NCBI GenBank assembly: GCA_964016885.1
Contig: OZ024752.1
Coordinates: 13,764,001-13,828,000 of the forward strand
Reading direction: 5' to 3'
Source: Eledone cirrhosa
Taxonomy: Eukaryota
DNA: 64,000 nucleotides
Part shown: piece by piece, positions 39,477 through 51,009 of the stretch
How positions within the stretch are numbered: position 1 is the first letter of the stretch
Layout of the letters: the number at the start of each line of letters is the position of its first letter
The notes under the pieces: model-generated
Database searches by the model: none
Told to the model about the DNA's origin: nothing
The model's input: the letters and a program-made list of their open reading frames with translations, nothing else
Program-made: the position numbers and the translations under genes

Positions 39477-39546
39477 CAACATGGCGGCCTCTGATAACGG
39501 GATCGACTTGTAAACCTAAACTTCACTCTCCTCAACGCCGCCATCT
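39477..39546. promoter_or_regulatory. Pair of oppositely oriented YY1-type motifs, possible TSS region
   Basis: CAACATGGCGGC (+) and GCCGCCATCT (= AGATGGCGGC on -) about 50 bp apart in unique sequence. Confidence 0.35.
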
Positions 39547-39765
39547 CTAACGTATCATTTGTATGAATGGAACATATTCCATCAATATTACCCAACTGAT
39601 ACTGGTATCAACTTTAAAACTAACTTGAAACTTGTTTTCCTAACATGCCATCTATTGCATAGAAAAACTGAGCTCGAATCACATAACTAAATGGTTTTTG
39701 ATTTAGGCACAAGGACAACAATTTTATAACTTTAAAATTAACTAGAAACATCTCTATGCATGTCA

Positions 39766-39953
39766 TTCATTTCATAGAAAAATTGAGCTCGCATCACTTC
39801 ACATAATTATATCTACTTTTGGCACAAGGCCAGCAATTATTCCAGTGAATTACAATTACTTTATTTTATCGGTAATGCACTGGGATAATTGCCGGCCTTG
39901 TGCCAAAAGTAGAAACAATTGTGTGATGCGAGCTCAATTTTTCTATGAAATGA
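39766..39953. repeat. Inverted duplication of flank plus SINE tail (~85-bp arms)
   Basis: TTCATTTCATAGAAAAATTGAGCTCGCATCAC...TTTTGGCACAAGGCC versus its reverse complement at 39872-39953. Confidence 0.85.
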
Positions 39954-39976
39954 AAGATTGACCTCGCATCACATAA

Positions 39977-40310
39977 AATAATTGTTTATACTTTTGGCAC
40001 AAGGCCAGCAATTTACCAGTACATTACTGGTACTTTATTTTATCGACCCCGTAAGGATGAAAGGCAAAGTTGACCTAGGCAGGATTTGAAATCAGAATAG
40101 AAAGAGTCGAAAATAATGGTTTATGATTAGGTACATAGTCAACAATTTTAAGGGAGGGGAAAGTCGATTATATTGACCTCAGTGTATTACTGGTTGTTTA
40201 TTTTGTCGACCCCGTAAAGATGAAACGCAAAGCTAACCTCGGCGGGATTTGACACCATAATATAAAGGGACGTAAATCTATGCTGTGAAGCATGGTGTCT
40301 GACGCTGACA
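39977..40310 (-). mobile_element. Two main-family SINEs
   Basis: Reverse complement of SINE consensus twice. Confidence 0.8.
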
Positions 40311-40346
40311 ACTAGTTAATTGAACTGGCAGGATTGTCTTTCCTTT

Positions 40347-40500
40347 ATCTATATTACTAAAGCAGAGGATGACTGTCTGTAGCATCACTAAAACTCGAGA
40401 ACCACCCAACTGATTGTTTACAAACTTTACACATGCTATACTTATGGTCCTATTGAGTGTTCTCAGCAAAAAAATTCTAATTTTCAATGTCCTAGGGACC
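40347..40500 (+). mobile_element. Non-autonomous Helitron-like 5' end
   Basis: A^TCTATATTACTAAAGCAG...CTGTCTGT...AAAACTCGAGAACC, typical Helitron-N start; 3' end not securely found. Confidence 0.4.
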
Positions 40501-41082
40501 GCATTTAGCGATTTAGCGATCTCTTTCTCGCTGTCTTAGTCTTTCTCTTTTTAGATAGATACATAGATATTACGTTGCATCCTTATAATATCTGTCTGCA
40601 TACGTCATTATGACGCGGTGTGTGTGTGTGTATAGTGTATATATATATAGTGTGTAACGTTTTTCGAAATATTTACTTCTGCGCTCAAGGATTTATTATT
40701 TTAGTTTCAGAAGATCCCGTTAAGGGTGAAAACAGCGATTCTTTGTTTAAACTTTAATCTGTTATATATATATAAATATATATATATTCCTGTACAGATA
40801 TTTTTGCATACACATCTAACGGCAACCGAAAAAACGAGCAAGCTAAGCAGGTTAACAAAAATTACCTGGACCTTCCTGGGACGTGGTGGTAAAATCCAGT
40901 GGGAGGTTTCTGTGACCTCTAAATCAAGTATACTGTCTGCTTTCGTTGTAAGCTTTTGGTATAATGATCGAACAAGGTAGACACTTTGTCAACAGGTTTT
41001 TGCTCTCAACCGCTTACCAGGTTCAAACGAAGAATTAGTGAAGCCACTACCTCGCGTAGTTTCCCTGCTAGGGAGGTAGCAC

Positions 41083-41157
41083 CTAGAATTGTTTCATTCG
41101 AAGGAAATCATCAGGAAAGTCTTTCTTGAAGATTTCCTTCGAATGAAACAGTTCTAG
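41083..41157. other. 75-nt near-perfect palindrome/hairpin
   Basis: 37-bp arms CTAGAATTGTTTCATTCGAAGGAAATCATCAGGAAAG / CTTTCTTGAAGATTTCCTTCGAATGAAACAGTTCTAG, 3 differences. Confidence 0.9.
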
Positions 41158-41452
41158 TCCCGGAGAAGCCATTTCTATATCAAATTCATTATATATATAT
41201 ATATATAAGCAAAAGAAACCGCTCATTGTGGCACTATAGAAAGAAAATATTTCAGCAACACTAACTAGCTGATTGCAATAACCTGTTCGTAACATTACCA
41301 GTTATCATAAGTACCTTCCAATATATAGTGAAAGACTATAAAATAATTAAATTGTACACACCTTAGAAAAAAATCAGATATAACACTCACGCACAAATAT
41401 ACACACAACACTTAAAACCAAGAATTAGAAGAATGACGTCACTTTCTATAAC

Positions 41453-41870
41453 TTATTCTGGGATGCCATATGCAGCGACACATGCAGCAGTAACCTGGTG
41501 CAGCCTGGAACTAATTCAGACTCTGTTGCACTTCAGTCTGAGGAGGGTAAACTCTCCAAATATCGGTCTCTCTCCGACAGATTTGCGGTGAAGCCCCGAG
41601 CTGTGGAGATCTCTGGTGTCCTTGGCCCTAGGGCTACCTTCCTACTCACCATCATCGGTACAGAGCAGGCTAGCTGCAGGTGTGAGCCTCACAAGCTGGA
41701 ATGGCTTTTCCAGCGCATCTCCCTCAACATCCTCAGGGGAGATGCTTTCTCTGGTCTGTGAGCCGGGGCCGTGGGGCGGCCAGCACGTGGGACATTTGCT
41801 CATAATAGTGAGAGATGGGGAGGGCGGGAGAGACAGAGGCATTGGCAGCGGGAGTTTGGTTCCTCTGTGT
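41453..41870 (+). mobile_element. CRE-clade non-LTR 3' fragment
   Basis: LFWDAICSDT...EEGKLSKYRSLSDRFAVKPRAVEISGVLGP...LFQRISLNILRGDAFS. Confidence 0.8.
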
Positions 41871-42715
41871 GCGGGCCTGGTGTATGTGTGTGTGGGAGAG
41901 ACGGGGGCTGTGACATCGGGAGTTTGGTTCCTCTGTGTTCGCTGTGTTCGGACCTGGTGTATATGTGTGTGGGAGAGACGGGGGCTGTGACAGCGGGAGT
42001 TTGGTTCCTCTATGTTCGGACCTGGTGTATATGTGTGTGGGAGAGACGGGGGCTGTGACAGCGGGAGTTTGGTTCCTCTATGTTCGGACCTGGTGTATAT
42101 GTGTGTGGGAGAGACGGGGGCTGTGACAGCGGGAGTTTGGTTCCTCTGTGCTCGGTCCTGGTGTATATGGGTGTGGGAGAGACGGGGGCTGTGACAGCGG
42201 GAGTTTGGTTCCTCTGTGCTCGGTCCTGGTGTATATGTGTGTGGGAGAGACGGGGGCTGTGGCAGCGGGAGTTTGGTTCCTCTGTGCTCGGTCCTGGTGT
42301 TTATGTGTGTGGGAGAGTTTGGGGCAGTGAGAGCGGGAGTTTGGTTCCTCTGTGTTCGGATCTGGTGTATGTGTGTGGGAGAGACGGGGGCTGTTACAGC
42401 GGGAGTTTGGTTCCTCTATGTTCGGACCTGGTGTATGTGTGTGGGAGAGACGGGGGCTGTTACAGCGGGAGTTTGGTTCCTCTATGTTCGGACCTGGTGT
42501 ATATGGGTGTGGGAGAGGCGGGGGCAGTGACACGGGAGTTTGGTTCCTCTGTGTTCGGACCTGGTGTATATGTGTGTGGAAGAGACGGGGGCTGTGACAG
42601 CGGGAGTTTGGTTCCTCTGTGTTCGGACCTGGTGTATATGTGTGTGGGAAAGACGGGGGCTGTGACAGCGTGAGTTTGGTTCCTCTGTGTTCGGACCTGG
42701 TGTATATGGGTGTGT
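41850..42715 (+). repeat. ~68-bp minisatellite (13 copies) from the CRE 3' UTR
   Basis: GGGAGTTTGGTTCCTC at 41850, 41918, 41995, 42063, 42131... Confidence 0.9.
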
Positions 42716-43097
42716 AATATTACACTATTGATCCATTAGATGACGTAGACTAAATCATGAATGTCTTCAAATTAGGAGTGGCTTTCATGTTCTCAACTAT
42801 ACTTACTGTCTATTTCATAGGAATGTTATTTTCACCTACATATTGAAACAAATTACATTATTGACACAATCGAATAGAGAAAATTACTCAGGGACGCCTG
42901 TCGCATGAATAGTTAATTGTAAAATGGGCACTAGCATATTTGATGTGATAAGCTATGTAATTTTAATTAATTTTCATTTCTTGCTTTTCTACATGCTAAC
43001 GTCAATTTATTGTTCAAATTACGTTAGTGCTTGTTGTAAATGTGTTTGGTGATTAGCAGTGTTTTTATTGTGGTTATATCTGGAGAAAAATAGTGTA

Positions 43098-43305
43098 GTG
43101 GATTGGTAGCATAAGTGTCGGACATCATCCTTCTTGGCATATAGTTACGCCCCTTTACGTTTTTAGTTCAAATCCCATCGAGGTTACTTTGCGTTTCATC
43201 CTTACGGGGTCGAGAAAATAAAGTACCAGTAAGACACTGGGATCCATTTAATCGATTTCCCTTTTCTTTCAAATTGCTGGTCCTGTACAAAAAAAAGGAA
43301 ACAGT
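43098..43305 (+). mobile_element. Main-family SINE
   Basis: Matches the consensus, degenerate. Confidence 0.75.
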
Positions 43306-43344
43306 TATATTTGGTAAAAGTACTCTTTGCTTTTGCATAGTTGT

Positions 43345-44930
43345 TGCTATAGCGGTCCAGTTGTTATTATGGTCCAGTTGTTGCTATTATGGTCCAGTTG
43401 TTATTATGGTCCCGTTGTCGTTATGGTCCAGTTGGTGTTATTATGATCCAGTTGGTGTTATTATGGTCCAGTTGTTGTTATGGTCCAGTTGGTGTTATTA
43501 TGGTCCAGTTGGTGTTATTATGGTCCAGTTGGTGTTATTATGATCCAGTTGGTGTTATTATGGTCCAGTTGTTGTTATGGTCCAGTTGGTGTTATTATGG
43601 TCCAGTTGGTGTTATTATGGTCCAGTTGGTGTTATTATGGTCCAGTTGTTGTTATGGTCCAGTTGGTGTTATTATGGTCCCGTTGTTGTTATGGTCCAGT
43701 TGGTGTTATGATCCAGTTGGTGTTATTATGGTCCAGTTGTTGTTATGGTCCAGTTGGTGTTATTATGGTCCAGTTGGTGTTATTATGGTCCAGTTGGTGT
43801 TATGGTCCAGTTGGTGTTATTATGGTCCAGTTGTTGTTATGGTCCAGTTGGTGTTTTTATGGTCCAGTTGTTGTTATGGTCCAGTTGGTGTTATTATGGT
43901 CCAGTTGGTGTTATTATGGTCCAGTTGGTGTTATTATGGTCCAGTTGGTGTTATTATGGTCCAGTTGGTGTTATGGTCCAGTTGATGCTATTATGGTCCA
44001 GTTGTTGTTATGGTCCAGTTGGTGTTATTATGGTCCAGTTGTTGTTATGGTCCAGTTGGTGTTATTATGGTCCAGTTGGTGTTATTATGGTCCAGTTAGT
44101 GTTATTATTTTCCAGTTGTTGTTATGGTCCAGTTGGTGTTATTATGGTCCAGTTCTTGTTATTATGGTCCAGTTGTTGTTATGGTCCAGTTGGTGTTATT
44201 ATGGTCCAGTTCATATTGCGGTCGAGTTGTTGCTATAGCGGTCCAGTTATTATGGTCCAGTTCTTGTTATTATGGTCCAGTTAGTGTTATTATGGTCCAG
44301 TTGGTGTTATTATGGTCCAGTTGGTGTTATTTTGGTCCAGTTGTTGTTATTATGGTCCAGTTGGTGTTATTATGGTCCAGTTGTTGCTATTATGGTTGTT
44401 GCTATTGCGGTCCAGTTGTTGCTATTATGGTCCAGTTGTTGCTATAGCGGTCCAGTTGTTATTATGGTCCAGTTGTTGCTATAGCGGTCCAGTTGTTATT
44501 ATGGTCCAGTTGTTGCTATTATGGTCCAGTTGCTGCTATTGCGGTCCAGTTGTTGCTATTGCGGTCCAGTTGTTGCTATTATGGACCAATTGTTGCTATT
44601 ATGGTCCGGTTGTTGCTATAGCGGTCCAGTTGTTATTATGGTCCAGTTGTTGCTATTATGGTCCAGTTGTTGCTATTATGGTCCAGTTGTTGCTATTGCG
44701 GTCCAGTTGTTGCTATAGCGGTCCAGTTGTTATTATGGTCCAGTTGCTGCTATTATGGTCCAGTTGCTGCTATTATGGTCCAGTTGTTGCTATTATGGTC
44801 CAGTTGCTGCTATTATGGTCCAGTTGCTGCTATTATGGTCCAGTTGTTGCTATTATGGTCCAGTTGTTGCTATTATGGTCCAATTGCTGCTATTATGGTC
44901 CAGTTGTTGCTATAGCGGTCCAGTTGTTGT
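43345..44930. repeat. 18/21-bp minisatellite
   Basis: TGGTCCAGTT(G/T)GTGTTATTA variants; source of many spurious ORFs. Confidence 0.95.
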
Positions 44931-45205
44931 TAGCTTTAAAGGAAATATTCATTTGTCTTGCATTACTGTTGTTATTCTTGATCAGTTTTTTAGTTTTAAT
45001 ATCGTGTCAGCCTTGATCAAACTGTTTTTGCGGTTGTGGGCGTTCCAGCCATATAAATCCAGTATTTTTGTTATGCCAAGGACATTTTCGAGTGCGTGTC
45101 CTTTTTTGAGACTGTAAATGGTGAGATGAGAGAATCAGGCAACGTATTTCTCTCAGGCCCAATAACGGAACTGCCTTTCACATCTTTGTTGTTTAGCCGC
45201 AGGTC

Positions 45206-46350
45206 AAATACTGAATGAGCAGACCTAATACTGAATGAGCAGACCTAATACTGAATGAACAGGCCTAATAGTGAATGAACAGGCCTAATACTGAATGAAC
45301 AGGCCTAATACTGAATGAACAGGCCTAATACTGAATGAACAGGTCTAATACTGAATAAACTGGCGTAATACTGAATGAGCAGACCTAATACTGAATGAGC
45401 AGGCCTAATACTGAATGAGCAGACCTAATACTGAATGAGCAGACCTAATACTGAATGAGCAGACCTAATACTGAATGAGCAGACCTAATACTGAATGAGC
45501 AGACCTAATACTGAATGAACAGACCTAATACTGAATGAACAGGCCTAATACTGAATGAACAGGCCTAATACTGAATGAGCAGACCTAATACTGAATGAGC
45601 AGACCTAATACTGAATGAACAGGCCTAATACTGAATGAACAGGCCTAATACTGAATGAACAGGCCTAATACTGAATGAGCAGACCTAATACTGAATGAAC
45701 AGACCTAATACTGAATGAACAGGCCTAATACTGAATGAGCAGACCTAATACTGAATGAGCAGACCTAATACTGAATGAGCAGACCTAATACTGAATGAAC
45801 AGACCTAATACTGAATGAGCAGACCTAATACTGAATGAACAGACCTAATACTGAATGAGCAGACCTAATACTGAATGAGCAGACCTAATACTGAATGAAC
45901 AGACCTAATACTGAATGAGCAGGCCTAATACTGTATGAGCAGGCCTAATACTGAATGAACAGGCCTAATACTGAATGAGCAGACCTAATACTGAATGAAC
46001 AGGCCTAATAGTGAATGAGCAGGCCTAATACTGAATGAGCAGATCTAATACTGAATGAGCAGACCTAATACTGAATGAGCAGACCTAATACTGAATGAAC
46101 AGGCCTAATACTGAATGAGCAGGCCTAATACTGAATGAGTAGACCTAATACTGAATGAACAGGCCTAATACTGAATGAGCAGGCCTAATACTGAATGAGC
46201 AGGCCTAATACTGAATGAACAGGCCTAATACTGAATGAGCAGGCCTAATACTGAATGAGCAGGCCTAATACTGAATGAGCAGACCTAATACTGAATGAGC
46301 AGACCTAATAGTGAAAGAACAGGCCTAATACTGAATGAGCAGACCTAATA
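45206..46350. repeat. 20-bp minisatellite (~57 copies)
   Basis: AATACTGAATGA(G/A)CAG(A/G)CCT repeated. Confidence 0.95.
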
Positions 46351-46713
46351 CCAAAATATTTCCTTTCGTGACGACATCCTTTCCCTATAGAAAGCAGGCC
46401 TGTATTATCAATTGTATCTATTTTGATGAGTTAAAGTGTGATTTGATGAAGATTTTAGTCCTATTTCCAACAGAAGTAGCTACCCCGTAGAAGTTCTCAC
46501 ATCAGCTGAGTTTGTCCTGATTGCAGCTCTCGCAATGTTGATAGAACTGGTAAGGTTGGCGGGGAGGGTATTTGTGGTGGGCGTGATAGTTTCGATTGCA
46601 GTGAATAAATAACCCTTGGAGTATGTTAGAATGTTGGAGACGACAGTGTTTGGGGGTGATTGTCATAGTAATGGCAGTTAGTGCTAACAGATTGCTTAGG
46701 TAATATTAGTGTA

Positions 46714-47591
46714 CTAGCTGGACCCGTGAACTCAAAAATGACAGTTAATTGTAATATCGATACATAATATAAAAAAGCGATGTTTGTTTGTTGGTTGGTT
46801 CCTTCGCGAACACTCATACAAGTGATACAAACATACTGACACACAGCTTTGACGAATCTTAGAACGCTGAACCGCTATAGTTTCTCACCCACCTCTTCCC
46901 GTATCATAAGATAGATGTATGTGTATTAGACACCCCTTCTTCCTCAGTCTACGTTATCACCCCTTCCTTCCTCAGTCGACATCATCACCCCTTCCTTCCT
47001 TCCTCAGTCGACGTAATCACCCCTTCCTTCCCCAGTCGACATAATCACCCCCTTCTTCCTCAGTCTACGTTATCACCCCTTCCTTCCTCAGTCGACGTCA
47101 TCACCCCTTCTTTCCCCAGTCGACGTCATCACCCCTTCCTTCCTCAGTCGACGTCATCACCCCTTCCTTCCTCAGTCAACGTAATCACCCCTTCCTTCCT
47201 CAGTCTACGTTATCACCCCTTCCTTCCTCAGTCTACGTTATCACCCCTTCCTTCCTCAGTCGACGTCATCACCCCTTCCTTCCTCAGTCGACGTAATCAC
47301 CCCTTCCTTCCCCAGTCGACATAATCACCCCTTCCTTCCCCAGTCGACGTAATCACCCCTTCCTTCCTCAGTCGACGTAATTACCCCTTCCTTCCCCAGT
47401 CGATGTAATCACCCTTCCTTCCTCAGTCGACGTAATCACCCCTTCCTTCCCCAGTCGACGTAATCACCCCTTCCTTCCTCAGTCGCCGTAATCACCCCTT
47501 CCTTCCTCAGTCAACGTAATCACCCCTTCCTTCTTCAATCATCTCTAGAGTGTGCCGGACAAATACACAATGCGATTATACAAGTGATAGA
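46714..47591 (-). mobile_element. Non-autonomous Helitron-like element with 28-bp array (46935-47540)
   Basis: Minus strand A^TCTATCACTTGTATAAT...CACTCTAGAGATGA (similar to the 16062 start) and 3' CACGGGTCCAGCTAG^T. Confidence 0.65.
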
Positions 47592-49503
47592 TGGACGACG
47601 TCAAATTTATGACTCTAGGCTGCTAAGAGGATTTTGATGCTGCTTAGCGTCATGTCAAACCTTATGAAGTAGACCAATAATCAAAGGCATTCCAGTTGTA
47701 AAAATGCCCGCTGTTTATTTTTATGTAGAAATATTACTGGGAGTAGCCTTCATTTTTTTTAACATAGTGATGTACAATTTTAGGGAAAATTAGCTGCTAT
47801 TTGTGTAGGAGAAGCAATATTCGTGGTTGGCTTTTAAATGGGCTGATGATGGAACACATGACAACATTGTTAGGTTGGTTGTGTGATGATTACAAATACG
47901 TTGTGGTATGTTTGCCGACAGCGGTGCTAATGGTGGAAGAGATGACAATCTGTTCGTTTTGCTCATTTTTTTTTATATAGTTCCTATGGGTCATTCACAA
48001 ATTCTTTTCCTTTCACTTGCCTGGCATTCTTTAATTGTCGGCAGCACTTCAAACGTATATTTTATTAGACATCATTTACTGTCAATTGTCCAACTGTCAG
48101 ATGAAATGGTTGTGTTCGCTTAACGAACAGCTCAAGTTAAAGCGAATACTTAATATATATTTAGTTTCTCTCTTCCGCCCTTCCATTTGTGAGTCGCCAG
48201 TACAATTGATAACAGTTCTTTATTATAAAAGCGGCTGAGTGCACAACGCTTTGGATAAATACCTTACACATAATGTGTTCCAATCCACAGTTGTCATTTT
48301 GCTGTTCCTTATTCAAGGAATTTTATTTCCTGTTATGTAATTTATTTAGCTGTCGGGTTCTTTCAATAATTTTTCGTTCAAAAGACTGAATTGTTACGTA
48401 CGAGTTTCTCCGTCTCTCATCCTTTCAAATGGAAATCAGTGCTGATGGATTTTTTCATATACAAATAAATTCATTTAAAACTCTGTAGTCAAGTAGATGA
48501 ATTGTAAGTTCGAATCCATTCAATGGATGCTGTGTTATATATTCTAGGAAAAAACTGAACAATCTACCACTTACACGTTACCAACCAGAGTTTAGTGGAT
48601 ATTTAAGCTTTTTTATGAATAAATTGCAGATAATACAACGCATTCTCCTAGAATAATATATGAATGCTATTAGTTATCAGAATGATTGAATATTTTCATA
48701 ATTTCAGAGGACACGTTGGAGATATATTGTGCTATAACTTAAAACTTCTCTGTTATGTTTTCTGTCAGTTATGAATAATATCAAATTTTGTAGGGAAAAG
48801 GAATATACAGATTAAAACCAAAAGTAACATGACATAAGAGAAAGATGAGGTTAAACCAATGGTTCTTAAACACGTAGCGAGCCAGTAAAGAAACATTAAC
48901 ATTGTGTATCTGTGACTGTTGATATAGTTAATGAGATTGCAGATGCTGTATGCTCGTATAGTTAAGAAGTTCAGCTCGCAATCATTATGTACTGGGTTCA
49001 ATCCACTGTGGCATCAGGACACTGTGGCATCAGGACACTGTGGCATCAAGACATGTGGTATCATAGCTTCAGGTAGACTCAAGTCTTGTGAATGAAATTG
49101 GGTAAATAGAAACTATTTGGAAGCTCTCCCGATGATCTGTACCTGTAATTCAAAAGGCTAGCCATGCCGCATAGTATCTCAGTCCAAATCTCTCTGAAAA
49201 TTACGTTAAGGGTACCACTAGACAAGGGAATGCTCAGCCACGTACACATAACGAAACTCTCATTATCAGACTGTTCCGTTGAACGAACAACTGGAACACT
49301 CATCCACAAAATCGGTGGAGTTCCTATCAAATATGAGATTCTTTTATTTTAAGCTCACATTTTCCCGTCACAAAATCCTTATCAAAATCAGAGAACGTCA
49401 TAATCTACTAATATATAATTGTTTCTACTTTAGGCACAATTACCCAGTGCATTACTGGTACTTTATTTTATCGACCCCATAAGGATAAAAGGCAAAGTCA
49501 ACC

Positions 49504-49894
49504 TCCACTAATATATAATAGTCATGTGTTTATGTACGTCACGCAAAGGGAGGTAACTCATCTGTTTCAGTAAGTAAATATAAATACATACATATACATT
49601 ATACAAAATGATTGTTTCTAATTTTTGGCACAAGGCCAGCAAATACCCAGTGTATTACTGGTACTTTATTTTATCGACCCCGTAAGGATGAAAGGCAAAA
49701 TAATGATTACATACATCCACACATCTATGTGATGAGTGTGGAAGGAGGGGGCTGTGACGAACTATAGAAAACAGAACAGCGTTCTCTACATCTGTGTTAC
49801 TCACTCACTCACTCACTCACTCACTCGCTCTCTTTCTCTCTTTCTGTCTCTCTCTCTTTCTGTCTCTCTCTCTCTCTCTGTCTGTCTCTCTCTC

Positions 49895-49931
<37 letters not shown>

Positions 49932-50978
49932 GTAGATGTGTATGTATGTAGTTATTTTTAACTGGAGTTCTTAGATTGGCTAGACTTGTGTGGGTGTATC
50001 TGTGTGTGTGTGGTTGTGTGTGGGTGTATCTCTGTGTGTGTGTGTATTTGTGTGTGTATCTGTGTGTGAGGGGTTGTGTGTGTATCTGTGTGTGTATCTG
50101 TGTGTGTGTGAGTGGTTGTGTGTGTGTATCTGTGTGTGGGTGTATCTGTGTGTGTGTGTATCTGTGTGTGAGTGGTTGTGTGTGTATCTGTGTGTGTGTG
50201 TGGGTGTATCTGTGTGTGAGTGGTTGTGTGTGTGTGTGTATCTGTGTGGGTGTATCTGTGTGTGAGTGGTTGTGTGTGTATCTGTGTGTGTGTGTGTGTA
50301 TCTGTGTGTGTGTGGGTGTATCTGTGTGTGTGTGGGTGTATCTCTGTGTGAGTGGTTGTGGGTGTATCTGTGTGTGTGTGTGTATCTGTGTGGGTGTGTG
50401 TGTGTGTGTATATCTGTGTGTGTGTGTATCTGTGTGTGTGTGGGTGTATCTGTGTGTGAGTGGTTGTGTGGGTGTATCTGTGTGTGTGTGTGTGTGTATC
50501 TGTGTGGGTGTGTGTGTGTGTGTGTGTGTGTGTGTATCTGTGTGTGGGTGTGTGTGTGTGTGGGTGTATCTGTGTGTGTGTGTGTGTATCTGTGTGTGTG
50601 TGTGGTTGTATCTGTGTGTGAGTGGTTGTGTGGGTGTATCTGTGTGTGTGTGTGTGTGGGTGTATCTGTGTGTGAGTGGTTGTGTGTGTATCTGTGTGTG
50701 TGGGTGTGTATCTGTGTGTGTGTGTTTGTGTATCTGTGTGGGTGTATCTGTGTGTGAGTGGTTGTGTGTGTATATGTGTGTGTGTGGGTGTATCTGTGTG
50801 GTTGTGTGGTTGTGCGTGTATCTGTGTGTGTGTGTGGTTGTATGTGAGTGGTTGTGTGTGTATCTGTGTGGGTGTATCTGTGTGTGTGTATCTGTGTGTG
50901 TGTGTGTGTATCTGTGTGTGTGTGTGTGTATCTGTGTGTGTGTGGGTGTATCTGTGTGTGTGTGGTTGTGTGTGTATC

Positions 50979-51009
<31 letters not shown>

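Noticed and set aside
41030-41080. let-7-like GAGGTAGT on the minus strand
   Set aside because: Only the seed region matches; the rest of the mature sequence and precursor geometry do not.
5734-42715. Two arrays sharing a 68-bp period
   Set aside because: Unrelated sequences with different TE origins; coincidence is sufficient.
43274-45117. Many overlapping ORFs (MVQLVLLWSSWCYYGPV...)
   Set aside because: Frame-rotating translation of an 18/21-bp minisatellite.
5734-47540. Regularly spaced repeats as CRISPR arrays
   Set aside because: Units are contiguous with no unique spacers, there are no cas genes, and the context is eukaryotic.
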